DNA of 64,000 bases from Oikopleura dioica (taxonomy: Eukaryota > Animalia > Chordata). Shown here piece after piece: positions 28,819-41,190 of this stretch. The stretch is from assembly GCA_907165135.1 (NCBI GenBank), contig OU015567.1:4712001-4776000 (forward strand), read 5' to 3'. A program made the translations under genes and the position numbers. The first letter of the stretch is position 1, and each line of letters starts with the position of its first letter. The notes below the pieces were generated by a model. That model was not told where the DNA came from and did no database searches. It saw nothing but the letters and a program-made list of their open reading frames with translations.

Positions 28819-28929
28819 CAGCTGTTTCTTCTTGTTCTTTTTCCGGGATCGAAACGGGGATGGAAATCACTGTCGAGTGACTCGAGTCTCTTGAATTTTA
28901 TGCTATCGGGAGAAGAACTAAGCTTGTAT

Positions 28930-30031
28930 TTACCCGATGGATCTGCGTTTTCTCCGATCACTTTCGAAGGAAGCAAAGCTCTTACTTCGTGATCCGCAGA
29001 GGTTGAAAGCTTTGCACTCTTCTTTTTTGCATGCTTTGACAAATGCATGAAGATATATTTTCGGATCTCGTTGGTGGAATCGAAATGAGGGGAGAGAGAA
29101 ACGAAGCTGACTTGGCGAGGATGACTCGACAGGGCGAATTTCTTCCTCTGTCGCGCAGAATTCATTGATCCAGGCAAAGTAGATGTTGTTTGTCACAGAT
29201 TTATCTTGAGAGTAAAAATGATGAAGGGGGAAAAAACTGGTTACCTGGAGATCCCCAAAAATGTTTAATTTCAATCCCAAAAGTCGAATCCATCAAATCT
29301 TCTTTCAAGCTTATCTGGACAAAAACTCTCTGGCCAAGCAAATAATTAGGAGTGTCCTCGTAAGCTTGCGAGAATGACTCATCCGTGAAAATTTTGATAT
29401 TGACCTCGAGGGAAATATCTTTTTCGCTTTTGAAATAAGATGGGTTGAAGGACTCGCTGTCGACAAGAATCGCGACTGGTTTTTGATCGGGGAGGGAGGT
29501 TGGCCATTCGCACTGGACAGGAAGGCTGATTTGCTTGAGAATATCTGGAAAGGGATCACTCAAAAAGCTCTTGAAAGACCTACATTTTCCCTTGGTCGAT
29601 ATTGTGTTATTATGCCGAATATGCGGCTCGGTTTTCCAAGTTTCCATACCGGGGTAATTCTCTCCTTGGTGAATTTCAGTGTCTGTTCCGCAATCATAAT
29701 GCTTTAGTCCGTCAATAAGCTGGTGCTCAGCATCTGGCTCTTCCGGAATTTCAGTGGAGCACCAGAGCCAAAAATGAAGATCTTCTGGGAGTCCTTCGAG
29801 CGAGCCGACATCAGTCGCACTGCAGGTGGGGTCGGCAAAGGAAAGCCCATCGACATCTTGTTCATAAATGCCTTCTTTGTTCAACCATTTCTCGCTGATC
29901 CAAGCACACATCTGGGCAATCTCGCATTCGACATACACTCCTGCAAAAAGATTTCGGAGCATTTCAATATCAACATCATCCACGGAAGAAAAAGAAAAAT
30001 GAAGCAAAGAAAAAAGAAGAAAAAATCTCAT
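28930..30031 (-). CDS. Secreted zona pellucida (ZP)-domain protein
   Basis: Signal peptide; VECE..M, DPTC, CGT, LPVQCEW (ZP-N); LGQRVFVQISL, FRF..IYLHAFVKAC (ZP-C); furin site RRKRR. Confidence 0.85.
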
Positions 30032-30363
30032 TTTGAATTTAAATTTCAAAATTTCTTATTCAGATTTTCGAAAATGGAGGAATGATTATGTCTGAGCAGG
30101 TCATTCTTCTTGTTCCTGAAATTGGCCAATTTGGAGAGTCTTGGAGGGCGCCATGATTTTTGTAGACTTGTTTTGATTCCGTTTTTGAGAAGACACGAAT
30201 CATCGGTTTCTTCCGGTGAAATTTCGATTATTTTGAATGATCAGTGATCACAACGGCTCAGGAAGAAAAAACATGTGATAGGTGCTATTTTTGTTTATTT
30301 TCGAGCGAAGGATGAAGTGTTTGCTCACTGTTTTTCTCTAAGATAAAGAGAAAATAAATATAA

Positions 30364-31674
30364 ATGAAGCTTTCAGGGGCTCTTTTCGGGCTTGTTGCGG
30401 AAAATGCGGCGGCATTCAATTGCACGGAGTCCTGTACCTGCTCTGAAGGATCGAATCTAAGACAAAAAATGTCAGAAAAATTATTCAAACACTTTCAATT
30501 CCGTAAAAGATCTGGTTCAATGTATTTCTGGCGAGCTAACGGAAGCACCCGAATCCTTTCCAGATCAAATTCAACTCATTGACATTCGAAACAATATGAT
30601 CGAATATTTCGCTCTCAAGAAACTCCCATCCCTCGATCTCAAATACATGTATTTGAGCAACAATTCCATCGAGCAAATCGAAGATTTGAATCGCCACAGC
30701 TTTCCGGAATTGGAAGAGTTGGACCTCAGTAATAACAAATTAAAATGGCTCCCGATGGGGATGCTGAGAAGAATGAGCATGCTTCAAAGATTGGACTTAT
30801 CGTTCAACTCTTTGGTCTCGCTTTCGACCATACGAATTCCCAGCTCTCTGAGGTTGGTTATATTTGAGAAAGGGGAGCTAAAATGTTTTCTAGCTTTGCG
30901 AGTTTTCAAGCAAACCGAATCGAGAGCATCCCAAAACGAGGATTCCTTGATGTCGCCCACAATCTGGCCATTCTTGACCTCAGGTTTTCTCAATTTATAT
31001 GTGATTACGTAATATATTTTCAGCTTGAACAAAATCGAAACTGTTCGAACTGGCGCTTTCAACAACGCTCATAATCTTCAGAAACTTGATCTCAGCTCCA
31101 ATATTGTAAGAAATTATCGAAAAAATAAGAAAAACAAGCCGTTTTCAGATAGACAATCTCCAGAATCATGCTTTCTCGGGTCTGTCGAACTGCCGAGAAC
31201 TCAGTCTACGAGACAATCTGATCAAGTTTGTTCTAATTATTATTTCTAGAGCCAAGGAGAATTTAGTGATATCATGCCAAATGTCTTAAAAAACTTCGGA
31301 TCGGACGTTCCTCAGATTCCAGGAGGAAGAAACATCATCGATTTGCGAAATAATGAGCTGTTCACGATTCTTGACGACTGGGTAAAATTTCAGTCCCTTT
31401 CAAAAAATGATGCATTCTTTAGATTTCCGTGTTTGGCCCTTCGACGGACGAGTGCAACGATTCGTTCTGCCCGAAAACGACGGAAATCCTGCTCCAGTCG
31501 AATCCTCTTTTCTGCGATTGTGGCCTCCAAGAAGTTCGCGATCGCTACGGCCGATTTATCGGTGATCTGGAATACGCTAAATGCGTCAATAACAACTTCG
31601 ACGAGCCTGTTACCCTCGCGAAGTTTCAAGATGACAGTTGCTGTGCCCCAGAACTAACGCTGCTAATAAATTAA
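30364..31674 (+). CDS. Secreted leucine-rich-repeat protein with LRRNT and LRRCT caps
   Basis: Signal peptide; CTESCTC cap; LxxLxLxxNxL repeats (LEELDLSNNKL, LQRLDLSFNSL, LQKLDLSSN); NPLFCDCGL cap. Confidence 0.85.
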
Positions 31675-31921
31675 CATCGTAGATGATCAAGTGTAGCCGC
31701 TTTTTGACTCAGAAGGAAAGACAATTGAAAATAATTTGAAGCAATTTCAATGTCTATCAATCCGTCAGCAATTTTCATATTTCCCATCGCATTTGGCAAA
31801 TTTATCTTCTCTTCAAAATCTACCGCTTGTTCAATACGGCGCTGTAAAATAAAACTGATAACGGCGGGTAAAACACACGCCCCCGAGGGCGTTTTCGCCA
31901 GAGCTAGAAGAGAGAATAAGA

Positions 31922-34900
31922 ATGCGTGCGCTTTTTTGCACCCTTTTCGGGGCGGTTTTCTCCCAGCGCCTGGCTGTTGGAGTCGGAAAAGGGGACATAA
32001 CAGGGCCCGTGGTGCAGGTGGCAATGATGGGTTACGCGGACCCAAGGCAGAAGTCCACGGGTTATCACTCACGACTTTTCGCGCGATGCTTTTGGGCGCA
32101 AAACGTCGGCGAAGAAGGCTTCGTCTTTTGCTCTCTCGACAACGGCATGGGCGCTCTTCGCCACAAACGAAAAGTGATCGAAGCCCTTGAAGCCGAAAAC
32201 ATCTCGTTGAAGATGGAACAACTCATCATCAGCGGCACGCACACTCATTCTGGCCCAGCGGGGTATTTTGAATACTTTACGTTTCAAATTCCATCGGCTG
32301 GATTTATCCAGGATACTGAAGATTCCATGGTAGAGGGAACTGTTAACGCGATAAAAATGGCCTATAGAGATGCCTCCGATCAGATTTTGGGGCTTAAAAG
32401 CTTCAGGAACATCAAGGCAAGAAACAAGAAAGATTTTTCTTCTTAATTTGATGTTTTTAAGTTAAACCACGGCCAACTTTTCGACGCAAATCTCAACCGA
32501 AGCCCTTCATCCTATCTCAAAAACCCTCAATCGTTAATCGACCAGTACCCAGAAGGAGATACAGACAAGAACATGACACTCATCGGCTTCTACGACTCCC
32601 AGTCCGAAGAACTCGTTGGCTCATTCAATTGGTTTGCCGTCCACCCGGTCGCGATGAACAAGTCAAATACGCTGATAAATGGCTGTGTCAAGGGTTGGCC
32701 GAGCAAAATGATGGAATATGAATATGGAGAGGGATTTGTTGGAGCTTTCGCAGCGACGAATCTTGGCGATGTCAGCCCGAACACTGATGGGCACAAATGC
32801 CACTACAAAGGTTTTTTATTGCGGAGAAAATTGATAACCGTTTTGAAGGAGAAAGAATCCCAATCGGCGCGTACGAAGGAATGGACTGCGAATTCGAGCA
32901 TTCCCTTTGCCCAGTCTCCCTTCCTTTCGTCGGTCAAATTTTCGATGGCTACAGTAATCAGCACTGCTACACGATGGGCAAATACAACGGTCCCCTCTTT
33001 ATCAATGATGAGCCTAATGACAAGGTTCAAAATTTGACAACTTGAACTTAGATTCGTGGCGCCGGAAACACTCGAAACTTGATCTAGAAAATTAGGAGAA
33101 ATATCTCGGTTAACAAATTTCTTTAATTGATTTCGGATTTCGAGTAAGACTTTTTGTCGGTCAAAAATAGACGAGGAAATTACAGGCAATTTTAAACCTT
33201 CTTTTTTGACTTACATCAGCATGATATGAAGGCGCAGACAGACAACATCAGCAAATTCCAGTTTCAGAAAGCAAAAGACCTCCTATCCTCTCCGATGACA
33301 AGCATTGGCTCTACGGTTTCCTATCAACATCGCTTTATCAACATGGCGAAATGGCAATCTGCAGAAGATCCGTCTGTCAAAACATGCACCCCTGCGATGG
33401 GAGTGCCTTTCGGAGCTGGTTGTACTGATGGCCACGGGGCGATGCTTTTTGAGCAAGGAGTCAATATGGACTTTGTCAATGAAAATCTTGAAGGAGAAAA
33501 TTGGGTGTGGTTCAAAATTCGAGATCTTTTGAGTGAGCTTTGGGGGTTCAAGTATAGAATAAATGTTTTCTAGTGAATGTTCTGTCTACTAATCCACCAG
33601 ATCCGTCAGAATACGAGTGTCATGGACAAAAAGCTGTTCTTCTCCCAACTGGTTGGGCAGATATCCCGTATCTCTGGCACCCTCACGTGATTGAACTCGG
33701 ACTTTATCGGATTGGAGAGTTTTTCATAATTTGTAACATCATTTTTTCTTTTTTTTTTATTTTATCTTGTTTAAGCTGTTCCTGGCGAGTTTTCAACAAT
33801 GGCAGGAAGAAAGATAAGAGAAGATTTGAGGCAAGAAATAAGAAAGCATGTCGATTTCGATCCGTTTATCGTCATTGCTGGATTGTCAAATATCTACACT
33901 CATTACATAACAACCGTTGAAGAGTACAATGCTCAGCGATATGAAGCAGGGTCGGTGATTTACGGCGAAAAAACTCTTCAAGGTAACTATTCCCTCTTTT
34001 TCGTTTTTTCTTCTTCAAATTCAGCTTATACCGAGGAAACCATCTGCATGGCCCGAGAAATGCTCTCTGGCGAAACATGCGGAAATCCCACTGATCCTCC
34101 TGCAGAGCCAATTACCAATCTCATCGAATGTCTTGAAAGACCGGGAGCTGATCTTGACTACAGACATGTTACAGAGGAAAGTATCATGTACGCCTCGCCC
34201 GGTACAATTTTGAAACAACCAGAGGACTTGGTCTCGTTTTTTGCTGCCCAACATGAGTACAGGATCACTATGGAGGTTGTCGGTGCTAATCCTAGGTAAA
34301 AGAAGATCGTGTGTAAATTCTTGAGTTTTTTTCTAGGAATCTGAAAGGTGGCCAAGATCATTTTTGGATTGAAAATGCTGATGATGGATCGATTGCATTT
34401 ACCGGTATTGTCCTTGTCTTTGTCGATTCGATAATGAGATTTTTACTAAGGAAATGACTGGGAAACGGAATTCTTATGGGACTGGGTGCCAAAAGATCCT
34501 TCAACAAATATGACGAGGGAGAAAGAAATGGAAGGCGAGGAATTCGACAAGTTCGGCATTTTCTCTGGAATCAACAATTTTTACGGCACTCTGACGGGAA
34601 GAAAATTTGACTTCGAAAAGGCAATTCTAGCGCATCAAGAAGGAAAAGAATTGAGTGAAATCATGGAAGAGATCACTTATCCAGTTGATGAACAGCCAGG
34701 GGGGATTTATTGCCCGAGAGGCGGGGAAAAATCTCATGGATCATCGCTTGTGGCCATTTCGCTCATTCTCGACTCTGACAGGTAATCATACGAAATATTT
34801 TAAGTTGAGAGAACGGTTCTTATTTAGGCGACCGGTGAATTCGGGCAATTACAGAATGTGTTACAGAGGCAATAAACGAGATTATCAGGACAATCTTGAG

Positions 34901-34945
34901 TTCTTCGAAGTCTGCTCCCGAGATTTTACTGTTTCTTATGCCTAA
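31922..34945 (+). CDS. ASAH2: Neutral/alkaline non-lysosomal ceramidase
   Basis: GVGKGDITGP, MMGYA, HSRLFARCF, GTHTHSGPAGY, NWFAVHP, NLGDVSPN, PAMG..F.AG.TDG, YEAGSVIYG, and C-terminal GNYRMCYRG..F..S..F.V motifs. Confidence 0.92.
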
Positions 34946-35304
34946 AACTGTTTTGGTCAATAAATCTTTTATTATTTTTTCTTATTATTTCATTCAATGG
35001 ATCGGGTTCACAGTTTGAACTTCAGAAATTCTGACTCAGAATGGTAAACCCGATTGCTCTCAAAATGCGTTAAAAGAGTAAATTTAATCCCTTCAGGAAA
35101 AAATACAGGTGTGAAAACGATTAATCCTTTCAAAAAAGATAAATTGAAAATAAGTGTTTGGATTGTCAATGCTTCGGAACTTTGCGAAAAGTCGGCGGAA
35201 AGGTCGTTCTCTTCACAGAGGAAGTTCTCTCTACCCGGAGCATCCACACACAACAGGCTGATTTAGAGAAGGAGAAAACATGGAAGAAAAAGGTCACCAA
35301 ATCA

Positions 35305-37416
35305 ATGACCCTTGCTAAGCATGGTTTTGCCACGAATATTCAAATATCAAATTATTTGACTTTTGGTTCTCTCTTTTGGCTTACAGTCATAATTATAGCG
35401 AATTTCGTCTCTTTGGAGAAATCAAAAAGTGTAACGACTTTTCTGACCTCAACTTGCCACCGAAACTACAAGCGATGTGTTCAATTTGAATCCATTGACA
35501 TCTGCGGCCATCTGATGAAGAAATGCCACCAAACAAAAGAGTTTATACTTCCAGAGCCAGTTTCCCTTATAAAACCAAGCCCCATCGATTCGGAAGCATT
35601 TACCGAAGAAGACAACAGAGTGAATTTCCGCCGATGCCGAAAGAAAAAATTTTACGACCAAAAAGTGTGCCGCCATCTTTGCTCAAACACGCTGATTTTG
35701 AAATCAATGAGGACTCATCCGATTTCACCATGTGAATCAATTTGCTTTCAACTGACGCGATCGTTCGCTTCTGCTGGAGATGTTTGCCCGACTGAAAAGT
35801 ATTGCATAAATGGCTGTCCGTGTCCCTTTTATAAATGCGAAAGGACGGATAAAGACCAAAAATTCGTCCCTGTCTTCGATTTGGAGAAGCGTGATTACAG
35901 TCGATCAATCGAGCGGAGGGATGAAAGCACAGAAAGAATCAAGAATGACGCTGTTATACTGTTTGATCCTTCGGGAACCCAAAAAACCAACAAACAAAGC
36001 ATCGACATTCAAGCAGGCGATCATTTCGAAGATTTCAAGCATTATGAAAGTTTTTTCTTTTCTTTTTCGTACACTTAATTTTGCTCAAAAAGCGAATATT
36101 CTAAGTAGACAAAGATTAAACAGCAAAAAAGGCAATTGGTGCTGCATTTCTTAACGGAGAACATTACTTGGTCGATCAAAGAGGAAGCTTGATTAGACTG
36201 GGAGAGAATGGGAAAATCTCGTTAATTGTCAAAAATCGTTTTTATGCCAGGTTTTATGAATTAATTATTTGCAGGGCTAACGAGTCTTTGAAGAACGGGA
36301 AATTTCGCTTTTCATTACAGCTCTTCCATAGGAACCCACGATATAACAATCAGAAATGAGGAGAAAAACACAACTGTCTTTCCTGTTGTTGTCATTTGAA
36401 AACGGTCGAATATTATTTCAGGATTTTTATCTTTGTTTTAATTTCGACCTTTGAAAGTTCTCCGAAAAGTCGCCCAGATAAATGCTATTATTATGCGCCT
36501 GATTATAATTTAAATAGATTCGAAACCGCCCAAGGTAAAAATCGTACTTTTCAGCTGTTTCATTCGTTCCAGGTTATATCGCAAGCAATCATTTCAACGC
36601 TCGAATGTCTTCAATCAGCTTCCGCGGCATATTCTTCCTGATGAGCATGAGGCTCGGCACAAACTGGATAACTCTTTCGAGAACGATCGCGCTTAACTCA
36701 ATTCGATCAACGGAACAGTTGGAAAAAGGCTGGCGAAAGGATAAGGTCGCCCTTCCAGCAATGTTCCGGGACTTTGACCCCGTGCACGTGATTCCTCTGG
36801 AATGGATTCGAGAAAATTTTTTTTCAGAGAAAAATTTTTTTTCAGAGAAAAATTTTTTTGAGAATCCTAAAAGATCGATCTTGGTCAGCTGATGCTTGTC
36901 CTTGTAACGAGAAGCATTGGACTTTCGAATATGCAATATTCTTTGTTACTCGAAAAAGAAGGGAAATTTCTGACGCTCGGAAATGAATGGATCGGAAATC
37001 TGATCAAGTACGAACAAGAGTCGCGTTGCTATTCTGGACTTTTTGCGCCGAAGGATTTTGCGTACTCGAATGAATTTGGAACGAACAACGATGAGTGCGA
37101 GTATTTTATAAATGCATTTCAGAATAATGACCGGATTTATCTTCAAAACATCGTCTTTGATACAACCTTTGAAATATACTTCGATTTCGGAAAGGATCAT
37201 ATTGAAAGAATTTTGTTCGGAAAAAATCCTCTTGCGATCCCCGAAAAAGATAAAATTGAGCTCGATTTTCAGCAACAAAGAGCAGAGAAAAAAATGCTCG
37301 TAACAAGCAACCCCTTTTTCAAATTCCACGATGATGTCTTTCCCAATTTCGCGAAAAACGCAGTTGGTATAATTCGCAAATTTCCACTTTCAGCTAAGGA
37401 TCAGAAGTACTGCTAG
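35305..37416 (+). CDS. Uncharacterised type II membrane protein with CP..C..GCPC motif and beta-propeller-like C-terminal region
   Basis: TM near the N-terminus; DVCPTEKYCINGCPCPFYKC; AFLNGEHYLV; C-terminal ORF 36892-37416. Middle exons not fully resolved; frameshifts possible. Confidence 0.55.
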
Positions 37417-37469
37417 TTTACCGGTCCTTTCTAACAATTTCTGAGCCTTTAAATAAGCTAGCAGTTTGT

Positions 37470-38272
37470 CTCCGCCGTATCCACTGGCGATTATTCCGGA
37501 TTATCCATTCGGGTCTTTCGATGAGGCATTGTTCCACATTTCTTCATTCGAGCTTGATTTTAATGAAACGCAGAAGCTCAATCTTGAAATCAAGGAAAGG
37601 GTCAAAACTGAATAGCGCCTCCTTGCTCCATCCGGTCCGTAGCAATGGGCGGCAATGGGCGGCACAAGGCGGTTCTAGGCGGCGCTATAGAGTTACGCCC
37701 AATTTTTGTGCAAAAGCGGTTTATAATAATTTTTTGATTCTTTGAAGAAGAACTCAAAATTGCAAGAAGCGGCTAAAATCCTCGAGTTTCGATCATTCAA
37801 CGAAAAGTCCATCTTTGAAATTGATCTGCTCAAAAACAGTTCGATGAAAATATCGTCGGATTTTTTTCACGAATCCATTATTTTGGATACAAATTCAAAC
37901 GACAACTGGCTCTCTCTTGAGTTTATTTTCGAAGTCAAAGACGACTTTTTGCTTTTCAAAATCGAAGGAACAAAACGAAAAATGAAGGAGCTAAGAAAAA
38001 TGGACGAAAAAAGAATAAAACTCCTCAAATTTGACAACGAAAGCGAAATTAAAAATGTGTTTTTCTTTCAAAATGGACCAAGTCAGATAAATGTTATTTT
38101 GCATGAAAACAACAAACGACCCGAACAATATGCACTTTTTGGTGATGGATTCAGAAATGACGATGAAAAAATACTTATTCCAGATAGCTCTGCATTTTCT
38201 ATCGATCAATCGAAGCCTGCTCTTGTAAATGGCCAGTTGCATCTTTTCGGCAGCCTGAAGGATCCAAACAAT
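37470..38272 (+). pseudogene. N-terminal part of a Kelch/beta-propeller-like gene, cut off by a repeat element
   Basis: ORF 37742 ends ...ALVNGQLHLFGSLKDPNN with a GTAGG donor, and the repeat starts 5 nt into the intron. Confidence 0.5.
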
Positions 38273-38277
38273 GTAGG

Positions 38278-38680
38278 TAGCATTGGGTGGTGTAAATATA
38301 AATTTGCAAGAATTGCAAAATCTCGTCCTTTGCATCAGTTGAGTCTTATATTTTGATAAGTTTGTTGAAAGGGGCATGAAAAAGCGATAGAAAAACAAAA
38401 ATAGTGAGTTTGGGCAGTCGTTGTTGATTACACGCTAGGTCAAAGGTCAAAATTTGATAACGCCCTAGAGGCCAGGCGCATTGATGAATTTCAAAAATTT
38501 TTTTTCGAGGAAGATTATCGTGACTATGAGAAGCTCGCTTCGAGTTTTGAGCGTGATCGGACGTCGGATATGGAAGTTATGTGATGGAAGAGAAAAACAA
38601 AAATCGGCGACACGGCGATTACGTAACAGCGCGGCGGCCGCGCGGCGGCGCTGTCCGCCCGCAAGCCTAGCCCAGCGCTG
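38278..38680 (+). mobile_element. ~400-bp hAT-like non-autonomous repeat, copy 1
   Basis: Diverged inverted homologue of 55627-56038; imperfect termini TAGCATTGGG / CCCAGCGCTG; no TSD found. Confidence 0.65.
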
Positions 38681-39020
38681 AGAGAGCTCAATTTTTTCTT
38701 TCAATTAACTATTTCTAAGAAAGTACTCGATAATTAGGTAAACTTATTAATTTAACTACAGTTATAAACTAAAATTGTGTATTTTTTATTTATACTGTAG
38801 AATAAGGCTCGCCAAAAAAAAAAGTCGATGTCGATTCTCCCTTACGAATTTTATCTTAAAATGATCCCCGTTCTTTTCTGATTCAAATGAGTGTAGAATC
38901 TACAGTGAGACAATCATTATTATTTCAATTTCTGTTTTTCTATTTGATGGAAATGAAGATAACATTTGCGAAATGCAAGTCGCAGCTACTCATAACACTC
39001 AGGTCAATTATATGACCGCT

Positions 39021-40129
39021 TCAATGCCTGCTCAAAATGCTGAACCGACTGGTACTCTCGCCAATCTCGCTCCCAACGTTAAAGACGCCAACAAGTTGCA
39101 TGTTCATCGTGCATTCCTTCAAAAGCGAGCCTAACTTCTCACGCTCAGCTTTAAACCTCTTCAATTTCGCTTTCGAAATAGCCAGCTTTGACCTTTATCA
39201 TCCTCAATCGACCTCTTGTTTAGCTCCTCTTCCAGTTTCTCAACTTTGCTGGAATTTCCACATGATTAAAATTATTGGCAAACATCTAGCGGCTACAGTA
39301 GATGTATTTAGCTCATCAAAAAGGAATTTTCTCTCAAAAAAACACCTAAAGCTTGAAATTCAATCAAGTACTGATCAATTGAGCGACTCGACTCTTATCC
39401 TCCAAAGTACAAAAAGGGCCCATCGATTAATGTTCCTCCCTTCAAAAAAACCCGGCAAAGATAAAACGCAAAAAATCCAATTTCCTCAATTTTTTCCTGG
39501 AAAGAAGATATGTTTGGTGCTCATTTTTTGTGATCTTCTGGGCATCTGGTAGCGGCTAAATACACAATCTTTGAAGAAGAAACCGCAGAATTGTGTAAAA
39601 TAAATTTGAATGATGGATTTGAGAGGATTCAGATTGACTTAGCTTATTAAAATGATTGAGCGAGGAAGGGCTCGTTTATGAAACTCGGAGCGTACACATT
39701 TGATGAATAAATTAGCTCCAAAGAGTGCTTCCTCTGCAGTTTTCACTCATTTTATGCCCCCCGAATACCCTGAAAGTTCACTCGTGATTTTGCCCATAAT
39801 CGAATGATGGCACTTTTGATGATCTTGGCAAACTTGATTTGATCTATCTTGCGGTTTTCAAAAAGTCGCGTTTTTCAAATAATCCTTTCCGTTATCTTTG
39901 AAGCAGTGGCAGCCGTTGTTTAAGTGCTTTCCGAATCGGGGAACGTCTTGAAGGTACATGATGAAGTTTTTGACCATTTTGATTTCCATCACTTCTTCAA
40001 GCTCATTGTCAGGGGGTATCTTTCTTCAAAAGCGTGGAAAAGATCGTCGTCGGAATTTTCTGCTAGAATTCTCTCAACTGGAAAATTTTTGAAACTCGAG
40101 CTTCTCAAAACAAGCTCGATGGAAAACAT
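39021..40129 (-). pseudogene. Degraded uncharacterised coding sequence
   Basis: Protein-like stretches (MFSIELVLR..., EVMEIKMVKNFIMYLQDVPRFGKHLNNGCHC, SKVEKLEEELNKR) broken by stops and frameshifts. Confidence 0.35.
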
Positions 40130-40330
40130 AAAATAATTCAGAAATTACAGCAATCTGAAAAATAGGTCACAGCGGGGCGCTCATCGAGCGAGGCGCGCCG
40201 CTTCAATTTGATGTTCTACCCTTGAAAGGTTGAACTTGTGATGTCCTGGAGCGCAAATTGTCAACTGATGCGTAAAATTTGAACCCTCAGAAATCGAAAA
40301 TCTTTTTTCGAAAGAGGCAAAATATTAAAA

Positions 40331-40810
40331 ATGGAGATTCAAAAGAAAACTGATGAAGAAAAGAAGAAAGAAGAAATCGCAGAAGCACAAGTGAAAAAGA
40401 GAATGGATCATGGAGGAATTGCCAAAACGGCAGGAATGCCGCTAGAAATGATTCAGAGAATGGAGCCATTCAAGCTTCCAGATAAGTATTATAATTTAGA
40501 TTTTCTAACTCAAAATTTTCCAAATTTTTGCTATTTGGTTAAAAAAATTAAACGTAGAAAGCGTGATAAAGACAAATTAATCAATTTAGCGAAAAAAACT
40601 TGTGAAAATCATATTTCGCTCACTGGTTCGAAGGCTGATTTATCAGTGCAAAAAACAATCATCCCTGACTTCAGAATCAATCAGAGTGAAATTCTGGACA
40701 AATCGAGCGATCAGGCTTTTCGGGCGTCAAACAGCTCGTTTAAACGCAACAAAAATCGGACAAAAATAGGGAAAAATCAGTGCCCGCGAAAATCTCATCC
40801 AAAAATTTGA
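40331..40810 (+). CDS. Uncharacterised basic 159-aa ORF, convergent with the transposase-like gene
   Basis: ATG-started ORF downstream of a GC-rich segment (40170-40205); no recognisable domain. Confidence 0.4.
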   Translation: MEIQKKTDEEKKKEEIAEAQVKKRMDHGGIAKTAGMPLEMIQRMEPFKLPDKYYNLDFLTQNFPNFCYLVKKIKRRKRDKDKLINLAKKTCENHISLTGSKADLSVQKTIIPDFRINQSEILDKSSDQAFRASNSSFKRNKNRTKIGKNQCPRKSHPKI

Positions 40811-40827
40811 TTTTTTGTTAGATTTAA

Positions 40828-41095
40828 GGGTGTCATCATCGACTTCGTTTTTTTTTCTGCGTCAGTTAAGGTTTCTTCCGCTCATAAATAACATCTGATT
40901 TTTCGTCCAGTTTTTAATCAATCCTTATTTTGTAACATAAATTTGGCATCAAAGTAAATTTATAATCTATAAATCCCCACGATCGCTTCAAATGATACTT
41001 CAAATTCGACTTTTACCAATTTTCTTCCGGTAGCTGTGACAAAACTACGAATTTAAATTTTTTCATCTTTTGTCAGAGGCGACCCTTCGACACCC
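40828..41095. mobile_element. 268-bp MITE candidate with TTAA TSD
   Basis: TTAA|GGGTGTC ... GACACCC|TTAA; the TIR is only 7 bp. Confidence 0.5.
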
Positions 41096-41190
41096 TTAAT
41101 TCTCGAACATTTTAAGTCACGTGAGCTTATTTCTAATATTCCTGTTTGACGTAGAGAACAAAATTTTCAAATTATTTATAAGCAATTATT

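Noticed and set aside
28816-28820. TGATG stop/start overlap between ORF 28818-29177 and the lipocalin-like ATG, suggesting translational coupling
   Set aside because: The overlapping ORF is an alternative frame of the ZP gene's last exon; the ZP frame stops at 28930, so the overlap is probably chance.
36813-36860. Three ~18-bp A/T-rich tandem copies
   Set aside because: Simple slippage repeat.
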